Positions 30,759 to 41,010 of a stretch of 61,667 nucleotides of DNA are shown one piece after another. Below the pieces are notes generated by a model that was not told where the DNA came from, made no database searches, and saw only the letters and a list, made by a program, of their open reading frames with translations. The stretch comes from an uncultured Candidatus Saccharibacteria bacterium (GTDB lineage Bacteria > Patescibacteriota > Saccharimonadia > Saccharimonadales > Saccharimonadaceae). A program made the position numbers and the translations under genes. Position 1 is the stretch's first letter. The number at the start of each line of letters is the position of its first letter. The stretch covers positions 1 to 61,667 of the forward strand of contig CAUSYU010000001.1 in NCBI GenBank assembly GCA_963536065.1, read 5' to 3'.

Positions 30759-31315
30759 GATTTTATCACCTCCGGGCGAATAACAACGCTGATGACGATT
30801 GACATTGGATAGCCGTCCTTTGCTTCATTGGCAGTTACTGACACTAGATGGACGTTTTGGAAGACGTCTTTCTTGTTCTCTAGGGCGGTTTTTAGCTCCA
30901 GAGCGTCACTGTAACTTTTGCCTTTTGTAGTAAGGCTGATTGGTTTACCAAAGGTGGTTGCGTCCAGATCCAAAGATTGTAGGACGATGTTTCTTGGTAG
31001 TGCCTGGGCTATTTTGACTGCAATTTTTGAGTACGGCACTTCTTTGTCTAAGATGGATTTGGCGACTTTGAGGTTGTCTGAAAATTGCTTGGCTTGTTGC
31101 TGGACTTCTTTGTACTGTGACAATTGTTGATTACTTTCGGCAATAGTTTTTTCGGCATCTGACTTGGACTTCATCAGGATAAAGTAGGATATGCCGATAT
31201 AGATGAACAGCAACGCTGCTAGTGCCAACGAGATGACGCAGTAGCGTGCGAGCAACCTATTGGTTTGTCCAGCGATAATTTGACGTTTTTCGTCTTGAGG
31301 TAATAAGTTTATCAT
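30755..31315 (-). CDS. pilN: PilN pilus alignment protein
   Basis: MINLLP motif, TM, coiled coil. Confidence 0.82.
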   Translation of the reverse strand: MINLLPQDEKRQIIAGQTNRLLARYCVISLALAALLFIYIGISYFILMKSKSDAEKTIAESNQQLSQYKEVQQQAKQFSDNLKVAKSILDKEVPYSKIAVKIAQALPRNIVLQSLDLDATTFGKPISLTTKGKSYSDALELKTALENKKDVFQNVHLVSVTANEAKDGYPMSIVISVVIRPEVIKS

Positions 31316-32376
31316 TTCCAAATCTCCTTTGGATCAACCAGTGCTAAACCTGCAACTGTCATCAGGTGAGTTCGCAGCTGCTTTGTTGGTGGCTGCAATG
31401 AGCTAAAGTTCAATGCCTGCCAAGGGCTCGCCGTACGGCTTGGCATCATCAGCTCGTTAGTAAAATAATCACCCAATCCTGGAATATTACTGCCGCTACC
31501 GACGATGAGTAACTGTTCCATCTTTGGCTCATTCGGGAAGTGTTCAGAGTAGTAGCGGATGATTTTTTGGGTTTCTTTGACGACTGTTTCCAAGCTTGGC
31601 TTAAGCGCACTAGTGATTTGAGCTTGCTTTGGTCCAGAATTCAGACCGCTCAGAACTTTCAGCTGATGGGCTGCTTCCAGCGGTGTATTGAGCTTTTTGG
31701 CAATGTTGAGGGTGAAGGTATTGCCACCGATATTAACACCAGAAGTCACACGTATAACAGAGTCTAAAATTGCGATGTCTGTCGTCGATGGTCCGATGTC
31801 CAAAATGACGGTTGGTAGCCCGCCGCTTTCAGTTGATTTTAGGATACGAGCGATGGCGTTGATGCTTGGCTCGATCATGGCAATTTCAATACCACATTGT
31901 TTGGCGATGGTCGTCATCACTTCAATGTCTTTTTTCGGCGCAGCGCACATCAGTACGGTCAGTGAATCTTTATCACGCTTGATGATCTGGTGGTCAACAT
32001 AGAGCAGGTCTGGCGGCATCGGTATATACTGTTCGACTTCCAGGTTGACCGCATCTCGCAAAGATGCTTCCTGGGCTTTAGGCACGGTGAAGGTACGCGA
32101 GAAGGTGCGTGATGTTGGCAGACTGAGCACAGCTCGATTGCTGTTCAGTTTGCCGACTAGGTTTTTTTCAAACAATTCGTTAATACGCGTAACGATATAG
32201 TCCGAGCAGACTTCTAAATCATCAGACATCTTGGATGGATCGAAATCAATGGCACCGTAGCCGTGAACGCTCATCTTTGCGACGTCCAGCGACATGACTC
32301 GGGCGCCCACCTTGCTGAAATCAAATCCAATGATTGGTTTATTTTTGTAAAATATAGAACTCACAATATTGCCCAC
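31312..32376 (-). CDS. pilM: PilM actin-like pilus assembly protein
   Basis: IGFDF, EVEQYIPM, ILDIGPSTT, VGSGSNIPGL, VAGLAL. Confidence 0.9.
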   Translation of the reverse strand: MGNIVSSIFYKNKPIIGFDFSKVGARVMSLDVAKMSVHGYGAIDFDPSKMSDDLEVCSDYIVTRINELFEKNLVGKLNSNRAVLSLPTSRTFSRTFTVPKAQEASLRDAVNLEVEQYIPMPPDLLYVDHQIIKRDKDSLTVLMCAAPKKDIEVMTTIAKQCGIEIAMIEPSINAIARILKSTESGGLPTVILDIGPSTTDIAILDSVIRVTSGVNIGGNTFTLNIAKKLNTPLEAAHQLKVLSGLNSGPKQAQITSALKPSLETVVKETQKIIRYYSEHFPNEPKMEQLLIVGSGSNIPGLGDYFTNELMMPSRTASPWQALNFSSLQPPTKQLRTHLMTVAGLALVDPKEIWK

Positions 32377-32423
32377 ACATTTATATAATTCTTTTTTTAG
32401 TATACCATAACCAATTTGATTTG

Positions 32424-33638
32424 CTAACCCTTAATTTGATTTGCTAATCCGGTGATTGGCATCATCACACTGGCGGCGATCAAACCAACCATGCCACCCA
32501 TGAAAACAATCATCACTGGCTCGATGGTGGAGCTGATACTGGCGATGGCAGTGTCGACTTCTTCTTCGTAAAAATCAGCCACCTTAACCAGGACTTGATC
32601 GGTTTGACCGGTTTCTTCACCGACTGCTAACATCTGTGCCACGATTGGCGGATATAGTACCTCGTCTTCAGCGATGATTTTTGAAAACACCTCACCGTTT
32701 TTTACGCGCTTGGCCGCACTATTGAGTGATTCTTCATAGACGTTATTACCAACTGCTTTGGAGGTCACTTCCAGCGCTTCCAGCACCGCCACTCCAGCAC
32801 CAATGAGCGAGGAGAAGGTACGAGTGAAGCGAGCGATGGCAATTTTTTTCATGATTTTGCCGATAATTGGTCCATGTACCAAAAAGTGATGATATTTTTT
32901 CTTACCACCAGGTGTTTTGATGTAACGCAAGAAACCATAAATTGCTGCACCAACCAGTGGTAGTAGAATGTACCAGAAGTTGACCATAAAGGCGCTGATC
33001 CCCAGCATGGCTTGGGTCAACGCTGGCAGTTCGGCATCTTCTCCCGCCAGATCTTTGATGGTTTTACCGATCATTGGCAGGACAAAAATCATCAAGCCAA
33101 AGAACGCACCAATGGTGATGACGATCAATACCATTGGATAGGTCATGGCTCCTTTAACCTTTTTCTTGATGGAGGCTGACTTTTCTTGTTGCAAAGCCAA
33201 CCGCTTCAAGATGTCATCCAAAATACCACCAGTTTCACCAGCCCGAACCATGTTGACATACACATCATTAAACGTGTCGGGGTGTCGCGCCAGGGCGTCG
33301 GCAAACGACAAACCACTCTCGATGTCTTTTGAGACGTCGCCAATGATTGAGCGGAATGATGCGCTTTCGGCATGCTCTGTCATTGACTCTAGCGACCGGA
33401 GGATTGGCACACCAGCCGAGACCATGGAGCTTAACTGACGGGTGAACATCACTAATTCGTCAGACTTAATTTTCCGACGGCGTTTGCGACCGGGTTTGGC
33501 GTCTGTCTCTTTGAGATTGACCAATTTTAACCCTTGCGCTTGAATTGAGCGGATGGCGGCCGCGCGATCACTGGACTCTATGGTTGATGATAGCGTTGAG
33601 CCATCTTTTTTTGTCGCGACAAAACTAAAACTAGTCAT
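32424..33638 (-). CDS. pilC: PilC/GspF platform protein
   Basis: FTRQLSSMVSAGVP, AGETGG, AMTYP, GEETG. Confidence 0.93.
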   Translation of the reverse strand: MTSFSFVATKKDGSTLSSTIESSDRAAAIRSIQAQGLKLVNLKETDAKPGRKRRRKIKSDELVMFTRQLSSMVSAGVPILRSLESMTEHAESASFRSIIGDVSKDIESGLSFADALARHPDTFNDVYVNMVRAGETGGILDDILKRLALQQEKSASIKKKVKGAMTYPMVLIVITIGAFFGLMIFVLPMIGKTIKDLAGEDAELPALTQAMLGISAFMVNFWYILLPLVGAAIYGFLRYIKTPGGKKKYHHFLVHGPIIGKIMKKIAIARFTRTFSSLIGAGVAVLEALEVTSKAVGNNVYEESLNSAAKRVKNGEVFSKIIAEDEVLYPPIVAQMLAVGEETGQTDQVLVKVADFYEEEVDTAIASISSTIEPVMIVFMGGMVGLIAASVMMPITGLANQIKG

Positions 33639-33641
33639 GTG

Positions 33642-35420
33642 TTATTGCTCCCTCGTTGCACGTAAAATTTCCTCAATGGTTGTGACGCCACGGAATGATT
33701 TGATCAATCCATCCATCTGCATGGTAATCATGCCTTCGCTAATCGCTTGTTCCTGAATATCATTGCTGGTGGCATTTGCAGTGATCATCTTTTGAATGGC
33801 CACGGAAATACCCAATACTTCGTAAATACCAACGCGACCTTTGAAGCCGTTGTGCCCACATTCGTCACAACCTTCCGGTGATGGCTTCCACAGTTGAACG
33901 ATGGTTGCGTCTGTCGTGCCCATTGGTGTATCGCCGCCAATGCTCTCTGAGGCGGCCTGCTCCTCAAGCTCGTGTAGGTGCGGCATTGACTCTGGCGTGA
34001 TGTTGAACATTTGAGTGATGTAATTTAACTCTTCTTGGCTGGGGGTGTAGGCCTGGCGACAGGATTGACACAAGCGTCTGACGAGTCGCTGACCGATGAC
34101 AGCTTTGACGGTACTGGCGATCAAAAACGGTTCAATGTCCATATCGAGCAAACGCGGCAAACAAGTGGCTGCGTTGTTGGTGTGGAGAGTCGAGAACACT
34201 AGGTGTCCGGTCAGTGCTGCTTGCACGCCCAAGTTGGCGGTTTCGCCGTCACGGATCTCTCCAACCATGATGATGTTCGGGTCTTGACGGAGCAATGCAC
34301 GTAGTCCTGAAGCAAAGGTCATACCAGCTTTGGCATTGGTCTGGGTCTGGTTGACACCAGGAATTTTATATTCGACCGGGTCTTCAATGGTTGAAATGTT
34401 AACATCAGGAGTGTTCAATTCTGACAGCACGCTAAACAGGGAGGTTGATTTTCCAGAACCAGTTGGCCCGGTCACCAAAATCATACCGTTCGGCTGCGCC
34501 ATGGCGTTTTTGATGGTTGCCAGAGACAAGCCCCAATAGCCTAATTTGTCCAGGGAAATAGCCTGGTTTGATTCATCCAATACACGCATGACGATCTTTT
34601 CGCCGTCGGCGATCGGCAGTGTTGATACACGCAAGGCGTATTGCTTGCCTGAAACTTTGATTTTGAATCGCCCGTCCTGTGGCACGCGGCGTTCGTCGAT
34701 TTTCAAGTTTGACAAAATCTTGATACGGCTGACCAGAGCTCCCAAAACATTGTGAGGCAATTTATTCACCTCTCTGAGCACACCATCGATGCGATATCGT
34801 ACCTGGACAAATTCTTCGCGCGGTTCAATGTGGATGTCGGAAGCGTGTGATTTGATGGCGTACTCGAGCAGCAGGTTGACGGTCTGTGCGATCGGTGAAT
34901 CTTCAGCAAATTCTTCTTCTTTGGCGTTTTCGGCGTCACTATCGTCCCTCTGGATGGCGATGACTTCATCAAGTTCGTCGTTCACATCACCGCGGTAATT
35001 TTCCAGACAATCCAAAATATTGCTTTTCGTCGCCAAGAACACGCGCAGGTTATAGCCGATTTCTTTTTGGATGAAATTGAGAGCCTGCACATCGTCAGGG
35101 TCTTCCATAGCCAGCATTGGCGCACCATCTTCATCAACCGCAAACAGCACGACATTGTACTGCCGGGCGATATGCTCTGGGATGCGCTTTAGGACCTCAT
35201 CAGGAATATCTTTTGGCTCAATTTCTACAAACGGCGTCCCGATATAATCACCAACCAATTTGGCCAGTTCGCGCTCTTCTAGTACCTTGTCTTCAATGAT
35301 GGTCTCTTGCAGGGTGCGTTTGGACCGTTCGGCGGTCGTCTTTAAATCAGCAAGCTGCGATTCTGTTAAGATCCCACCCTGTTTCAGAATTTTCTCAATC
35401 GTATTATCTGAGATTCTCAT
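33642..35420 (-). CDS. pilB: PilB/GspE assembly ATPase
   Basis: ASDIHIEP, PQDGRF, GPTGSGKST, LRQDPNIIMVGEIRD, GHLVFSTLH. Confidence 0.95.
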   Translation of the reverse strand: MRISDNTIEKILKQGGILTESQLADLKTTAERSKRTLQETIIEDKVLEERELAKLVGDYIGTPFVEIEPKDIPDEVLKRIPEHIARQYNVVLFAVDEDGAPMLAMEDPDDVQALNFIQKEIGYNLRVFLATKSNILDCLENYRGDVNDELDEVIAIQRDDSDAENAKEEEFAEDSPIAQTVNLLLEYAIKSHASDIHIEPREEFVQVRYRIDGVLREVNKLPHNVLGALVSRIKILSNLKIDERRVPQDGRFKIKVSGKQYALRVSTLPIADGEKIVMRVLDESNQAISLDKLGYWGLSLATIKNAMAQPNGMILVTGPTGSGKSTSLFSVLSELNTPDVNISTIEDPVEYKIPGVNQTQTNAKAGMTFASGLRALLRQDPNIIMVGEIRDGETANLGVQAALTGHLVFSTLHTNNAATCLPRLLDMDIEPFLIASTVKAVIGQRLVRRLCQSCRQAYTPSQEELNYITQMFNITPESMPHLHELEEQAASESIGGDTPMGTTDATIVQLWKPSPEGCDECGHNGFKGRVGIYEVLGISVAIQKMITANATSNDIQEQAISEGMITMQMDGLIKSFRGVTTIEEILRATREQ

Positions 35421-35478
35421 ATCACTTATGCTTTAGTATAGACCAGTTGAATTGAAAAAACAATGATATACTAAAAGT

Positions 35479-35946
35479 GTGAAGATATATGATGAAACAG
35501 AGATGAAAGCATTGGGGCGGGCCATTGGTCAGGTGCTGGCTGGTGGCGAAGTGATAGAGTTGATCGGTGATGTGGGCGCTGGCAAGACTACACTGACCAA
35601 GGGTTTGGCAGAAGGGCTGGCAATTACCGAACCAATTCAAAGTCCGACATTTACCATTTCGCGCGTGTACGATGCGCGCGATGGGTTGCGCCTGTGTCAC
35701 TATGATTTTTACCGCCTGGGTGAAGCTGGCATCATGGGTGATGAAATTTCTGAAATGATGCAAGAGGGCTCAACCATCACAGTTATTGAATGGGCAGGCG
35801 CGGTTAATGAAGTGCTGCCGAGTGACCGATTGATAATCACGATTACCGCCACGACTGAAACAGAGCGACAGTTGGAGGTTACTGCTAATGGTGCTCGTTC
35901 CGAACGGCTACTTAGTGCTATTGATGCGTTTTTTGAGAGGAGATGA
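35479..35946 (+). CDS. tsaE: t6A biosynthesis ATPase TsaE
   Basis: GDVGAGKTT, SPTFTI, HYDFYRL, IEWA. Confidence 0.95.
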   Translation: MKIYDETEMKALGRAIGQVLAGGEVIELIGDVGAGKTTLTKGLAEGLAITEPIQSPTFTISRVYDARDGLRLCHYDFYRLGEAGIMGDEISEMMQEGSTITVIEWAGAVNEVLPSDRLIITITATTETERQLEVTANGARSERLLSAIDAFFERR

Positions 35947-35947
35947 A

Positions 35948-36334
35948 ATGTTATTACTACTTGATACATCAACCCCGGTTTGTTACGTGACACTTGTCAG
36001 TCAAGAAGGCGCAGTGTCGTATGAGTGGCAGGCTGACCGCACCTTAGCCAAAGGACTGTTGGGCTTTCTCAGAGACAGCTTGGCCAAACAAAATGCCGAC
36101 ATGCACGCGTTGACTGGCATTGGCGTGATGAAAGGGCCGGGTAGCTTTACGGGATTGAGGATTGGGCTGACGGTGGCCAATACCCTGGCTGACGGTTTGC
36201 AGGTGCCAATCGTTGGCGCGACGGGTGAGAACTGGCAGGAGCAAGCCTTGGAAAAATTACGCTCCGGTGAAGACGAGAAAATTGTCATGCCAGAGTATGG
36301 TGCTGCGGCTCACATCACCGCGCCACGAAAATAA
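35948..36334 (+). CDS. tsaB: t6A biosynthesis protein TsaB (short form)
   Basis: LLLDTST, GPGSFTGLRIG, MPEY. Confidence 0.9.
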   Translation: MLLLLDTSTPVCYVTLVSQEGAVSYEWQADRTLAKGLLGFLRDSLAKQNADMHALTGIGVMKGPGSFTGLRIGLTVANTLADGLQVPIVGATGENWQEQALEKLRSGEDEKIVMPEYGAAAHITAPRK

Positions 36335-36359
36335 TGACGGCTATGGTATAATCTACGGC

Positions 36360-37169
36360 ATGACAGAGCGCGCCATGAAACCAAAAAAACCTCTAAAACG
36401 CAAGAAAACCGCAAAAATTGTAAAGACGAGTACTCCGCAGCCGAATAGCGCAGCAGAGGCAGCTATTTTTATTGGTAGTTTGGGGATAATGTTGTATGCG
36501 GCCGTTATGCTCTTATTGGGAATTGTTAACTCAAATGGCGATACTGACCGTGGTAATACGGCGGGGCTTGGCTTTATGCTGTTTGTATTTGGCATTAATC
36601 TTGCAGCTCAGAGCGCTTGGGTTATTAAGGAGGATCGTCGAGTTGATAGGTACCGCCAAAGAATTATCGCAGTATATGTAACAGCATTACCTCTACTGAT
36701 GTTTATTGTCCTCAAAATATTAGGTTTTTGCTATCTGGTTTATGGATGCGAACGTAGTGAAGTAATGAATACATCATGTGTCATTGCGCATGATGTATTG
36801 ATGACTATGAAACATTCTTATGGAGTAGCGGCTTGGATATCTGCGGTTGGGTCAATGTATCTATGGTATTTACTGACATACAAAGACAAGCTGGTCTGGA
36901 TATATAATAAATCTCGGAATAGCAGTAAGGTCGATAAGGAGGTGGCTGAACGTGCAAAAAAATATCGCAAGATTGGTCTTACATTATTGGCGATTCTGCC
37001 AATAATGTTGATTGGGAGGATTATTACTGCTGTTGTCCTGAGCTATTTAGCATTATATGTCAGCGATATAGTGTGGTTTATACTCATACCATTTGATTAC
37101 TTCTTTAACTCTATGATTTGGGTTCTGTTTGTTATTGCTGGCCTTATATTTTTCGTAAAAAGCAAGTAA
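36360..37169 (+). CDS. Hypothetical multi-pass membrane protein
   Basis: About six hydrophobic segments; start at ATG 36360 after TGGTATAAT. Confidence 0.7.
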   Translation: MTERAMKPKKPLKRKKTAKIVKTSTPQPNSAAEAAIFIGSLGIMLYAAVMLLLGIVNSNGDTDRGNTAGLGFMLFVFGINLAAQSAWVIKEDRRVDRYRQRIIAVYVTALPLLMFIVLKILGFCYLVYGCERSEVMNTSCVIAHDVLMTMKHSYGVAAWISAVGSMYLWYLLTYKDKLVWIYNKSRNSSKVDKEVAERAKKYRKIGLTLLAILPIMLIGRIITAVVLSYLALYVSDIVWFILIPFDYFFNSMIWVLFVIAGLIFFVKSK

Positions 37170-37342
37170 TTAGAGACATTGCGTGCTTTCCGTGTCAAAA
37201 CTCCAGAAACCGTGTATAATTAAATTACGGCGATTTGTAGGATGTGATTCGCTGGATTAGATAGTTTGAAGTTGATTGGCTGTTGATATATTTCCTTGAG
37301 GCGAATACTCAGGGGCAGTCGGTCGGAAAGGAATACTGAAGT

Positions 37343-38833
37343 ATGGCAGGAATTGTCATTGGCGCACTTGTTGGGGCCAGTTTAGGCGCGGGCGCGCTCT
37401 ATGGATATCAAACAGTACGCCGTTCACAGGCAAAGTCGCAAATTGACAAAGATTTGGCGAATGCAAAAACCAAAGCGGGTGACATCGTTCTCAAGGCAAA
37501 AGATGAGGCGCTGAAAATTGAGAATGAGCGTCGTCGAGAGTGGCAAAAAACGGAAAATCGTCTGGCGGACCGTGAAAAGGCGCTTGATAACAAGCTTGAA
37601 GAGCTGGACCGTCGGTCAGAAAAATTGCGGGCGCACGAAGATGAGATCGATGATTTGAAAAATGAGATTCGGCAGATTCGTACTCGTCAGCAGGAAAAAT
37701 TGGAAAAAATTGCTGGCCTGAAAAAGAAAGATGCAGCCGAAAAATTGATGCAGATGACTGAGCGTGACATTCGTGACGACCTCATCAAATTGGTTGCAAA
37801 ATTGCAGCACGAGGCCATGGACGATGCTGAAGAGCGGGCCCAGACTATTTTGCTTACCGCCATGGAACGAATGAGTAGCGAAGTGACCGCTGAGCGCACC
37901 GTGACGGCGGTGAAACTGACTGATGATGAGATGAAAGGTCGCATCATCGGTAAGGAAGGTCGTAATATTCAGGCGTTGCAGCGTGCCACTGGCGTCGACA
38001 TTTTAGTGGACGACACACCAGGTATGGTGGTGTTGTCGAGCTTTGACCCAGTTCGTCGCCAGGTCGCGCGTTTGAGTTTGGAGATGCTGATGAAAGATGG
38101 ACGCATCCATCCAGCGCGCATTGAGGAAGTTGTTGCCAAGGCGCAAAAACAGATTGATAAAGAAGTCAAGCAAGCTGGTGAAGATGCCATGCGTGAAGCG
38201 GGTGTTGTTGGTATTCCAAAGGAAATGCTGCGCCTATTGGGTGAATTGAAATTCCGAACCTCGTATGGTCAGAACGTGCTGAAGCATTCTACTGAAATGG
38301 CGCAGATGGCAGGGATGATTGCTGAAGAGATTGGCGCTGACGTTCGTATATCAAAGATCGCGACGTTGCTGCACGACTCTGGTAAGGCAGTGACGCACAA
38401 GATTGAAGGTAAACATCACCACATTGCGGCAGAATTGGCGCGCAAATACGGCATGGATGAGCGAATTGCTCACGCTATCGAAGCACACCATGACGATATT
38501 GAAGCGACAACGCCAGAGGCATTGGTGGTCCGTGTGGTAGACGCTGCTTCAGCAGCACGGCCGGGCGCACGTAATATCTCAGCGGAGAACTTTGCTGAAC
38601 GCATGCGCGACTTGGAAAACGTAGCCACCAGCTTTGAAGGCATCGATAAGGCCTATGCAATTTCTGCCGGACGAGAAGTGCGGGTGATTGTCAAGCCAGA
38701 AAAGATTGATGACTTGAGTGCTATCAAATTGTCGCGTGATATTGCCACTAAGATCGAATCAACCATGCAATATCCAGGTACTATCAAAGTTAATGTTATC
38801 CGCGAAACGCGGGCAGTGGAGTTTGCAAAATAA
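37343..38833 (+). CDS. rny: Ribonuclease Y
   Basis: N-terminal TM, coiled coil, KH domain (KGRIIGKEGRNI), HD domain (LHDSGK, HH). Confidence 0.97.
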   Translation: MAGIVIGALVGASLGAGALYGYQTVRRSQAKSQIDKDLANAKTKAGDIVLKAKDEALKIENERRREWQKTENRLADREKALDNKLEELDRRSEKLRAHEDEIDDLKNEIRQIRTRQQEKLEKIAGLKKKDAAEKLMQMTERDIRDDLIKLVAKLQHEAMDDAEERAQTILLTAMERMSSEVTAERTVTAVKLTDDEMKGRIIGKEGRNIQALQRATGVDILVDDTPGMVVLSSFDPVRRQVARLSLEMLMKDGRIHPARIEEVVAKAQKQIDKEVKQAGEDAMREAGVVGIPKEMLRLLGELKFRTSYGQNVLKHSTEMAQMAGMIAEEIGADVRISKIATLLHDSGKAVTHKIEGKHHHIAAELARKYGMDERIAHAIEAHHDDIEATTPEALVVRVVDAASAARPGARNISAENFAERMRDLENVATSFEGIDKAYAISAGREVRVIVKPEKIDDLSAIKLSRDIATKIESTMQYPGTIKVNVIRETRAVEFAK

Positions 38834-40026
38834 TGGATGGGTTTATGAGAGCAGAACGACGTCAATGGCTTGAAAGCTTGGACGCCCGACCATCCGGAGC
38901 CGCTGTCTTGTTGGAGGATGTTGAAGGCCGGGCTTTGATCGTTAAGGCAAACTACAAGACGTATTGGGCTCTGCCGGGCGGCATGGTTGACACTGAAGAG
39001 TCACCACTGGTGGCAGCACTGCGAGAAGTGAAGGATGAAGTTGGTATCGTCATCAATCCAAGCGATGTGTCATTGATGGGTGTAGCGCAGCGCATGGGTG
39101 ACGGATTTATCACCTACCAATTCATCTTTACGGCGTCCATCAAAGAATCGCAAGTTAGTGCCATCAGTCCACACGATCCAGAAATTGAAGAGTGGCGATT
39201 TATCAGCAAACAGGAAGTGCTAAAAGGCGAATTGTTGTTACCATGGTCACTGAAAGCCTGGGCTCACGACCAGTCGGGATATTTTGAAACAGCAATTGCT
39301 GATGATGACAATGCTGACACGGAAACGATTGTTTTCTCTACAACAGGCGGTGATATTAGTAGTGGCGACACACCAGTCCGTAAGGGCGCGTCTGGGCGAT
39401 TATTTATTAGTCGTCATGGAGAAAGCGAATGGAATTTACAAGGTAAATGGACAGGTTTGACCGATATCGGTCTGACGGAAAAAGGCATCTCGGACACGGT
39501 GCGGCTTGGTCAATTACTGAAAGATACGACGTTTGATGTGGCATACACATCTGCCTTGAAACGTACTCACCAAACACTTGACGCGTTGCTCAAAGGCGCA
39601 GAAATCACCACATTACCGACTATTCATGCAGCAGAACTCAACGAGCGTGATTATGGTACATTGACAGGTAGCAACAAATGGGAAGTCAAAGATCAGATTG
39701 GTGAAGAAGCATTCAATGGCATTCGTCGCGGTTGGGATTATCCAGTGCCAGACGGCGAAACCTTGAAAGATGTGTATGCACGAGTTGTGCCGTACTTTGA
39801 GACCGAAATATTGCCACGACTGCAGGACGGTGAAAATGTGCTATTGGTGGCGCATGGTAATTCCATCCGCGCCTTGGTGAAATATCTTGACCAAATCCCA
39901 GACGACAAGGTCGCAGACTTAGAAATGCCGTTTGGCAAAATCTTAGTCTATAGCTTTGATCATGACCACGCGTTGCCAGTTGACAAGGCTGAGCGTTCAG
40001 TCGACATATCACCAACCAAAGCGTAG
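38833..40026 (+). CDS. gpmA: Fusion of a NUDIX hydrolase and a dPGM-type phosphoglycerate mutase
   Basis: PGGMVDTEESPLVAALREVKDEVG Nudix box; RHGESEWN, LNERDYG, VAHGNSIRAL. Confidence 0.85.
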   Translation: MDGFMRAERRQWLESLDARPSGAAVLLEDVEGRALIVKANYKTYWALPGGMVDTEESPLVAALREVKDEVGIVINPSDVSLMGVAQRMGDGFITYQFIFTASIKESQVSAISPHDPEIEEWRFISKQEVLKGELLLPWSLKAWAHDQSGYFETAIADDDNADTETIVFSTTGGDISSGDTPVRKGASGRLFISRHGESEWNLQGKWTGLTDIGLTEKGISDTVRLGQLLKDTTFDVAYTSALKRTHQTLDALLKGAEITTLPTIHAAELNERDYGTLTGSNKWEVKDQIGEEAFNGIRRGWDYPVPDGETLKDVYARVVPYFETEILPRLQDGENVLLVAHGNSIRALVKYLDQIPDDKVADLEMPFGKILVYSFDHDHALPVDKAERSVDISPTKA

Positions 40027-40112
40027 GCGCCAGCTATACAATTATAGCTACAACAAGACTAGCTTTTACTGCGCCAATGTGCTACAATACCTTGCAGGTA
40101 GTTACCTCATTT

Positions 40113-40189
40113 CGGGGTGTGGCGCAGTTGGCTAGCGCGCGCGGTTTGGGACCGTGAGGTCGAAGGTTCGAGTCCTTTCACCCCGACCA
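40113..40189 (+). tRNA. tRNA-Pro(TGG)
   Basis: CGGGGTG/CACCCCG acceptor, CGCGG-TT TGG GA-CCGTG, CCA. Confidence 0.96.
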
Positions 40190-40203
40190 TCGAAGTAATA
40201 TCA

Positions 40204-40236
40204 GATCCACGTCATGGAATTATGGCGTGGATTTTT
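40204..40236. terminator. Hairpin terminator between tRNA-Pro and the convergent gatD
   Basis: ATCCACGTCAT...ATGGCGTGGAT followed by a T tract. Confidence 0.65.
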
Positions 40237-40284
40237 CAATCGGCATAACAGCTAAAGACTAATCTTGGTAGATATCGCGGCTGC

Positions 40285-41010
40285 TTATCGAGGTCGTTCA
40301 GCTGCAGCCTGTTGCGCTGTCTGCGCCAGAGTATCAACCTCAAGTGGTTTGAGGTCTTCGGCAGATATGCCGCGTCGCTCCAAAGCTTTAGCTATCAAAA
40401 AATCAGCTATCGTTGGATTTTTCGGCAATAACGATCCGTGCAGGTAGGTCGCTATGACGTTATTGAACCGAACTCCTTCGGTGCCGTCAGTGGTATTATT
40501 GCCAGCGCCACGGACTACCTTGCCCAGTGGCTGAACTGTGTCGTCCAAAAATGTCTGGCCGCTGTGATTTTCATAGCCAACGATTGTGCCAAATTGTTCA
40601 CTTTCCAGGGTGATATTGCCGATGAGTCGTTCCTCTCCGGCAGTCGTTTCCACGGGCAGTACGCCAATGCCGCGGATGACAGCGCCGTCATTGGTGACAA
40701 ATTGTCGCCCAAACAACTGATACATACCACAGATGAGCAGCATGGGAACGCCGTCATTTGCCAGAGTTTTCAATTCTTCACCGCGTGACAACAAGTCGTC
40801 TTGAATAGCTAATTGCCCAGCGTCTTGTCCGCCGCCACCCACAAAGATATCTCCAGTCGAAAAGTCGGTCGTATCTCCTGGGTTGTGGTCGATGATTTCG
40901 ACACGAAAGCCTCGCCACTCTAGCCTTTTTTTGAGCACCAAGGTATTGCCCCAGTCGCCGTAGAGATTCATGTCCTTAGGGTATAATTGGATGATGGTGA
41001 TCGTTGTCAT
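40285..41010 (-). CDS. gatD: GatD, CobQ-like glutamine amidotransferase (lipid II amidation)
   Basis: MNLYGDWGN, GGGQD, ICGMYQLFG, GYENHSG, YLHGSLLPKNP. Confidence 0.92.
   Translation of the reverse strand: MTTITIIQLYPKDMNLYGDWGNTLVLKKRLEWRGFRVEIIDHNPGDTTDFSTGDIFVGGGGQDAGQLAIQDDLLSRGEELKTLANDGVPMLLICGMYQLFGRQFVTNDGAVIRGIGVLPVETTAGEERLIGNITLESEQFGTIVGYENHSGQTFLDDTVQPLGKVVRGAGNNTTDGTEGVRFNNVIATYLHGSLLPKNPTIADFLIAKALERRGISAEDLKPLEVDTLAQTAQQAAAERPR

Noticed and set aside
35948..36334. Short tsaB (and short hrcA) as pseudogenes
   Set aside because: Key N- and C-terminal motifs are retained in frame, consistent with streamlining.
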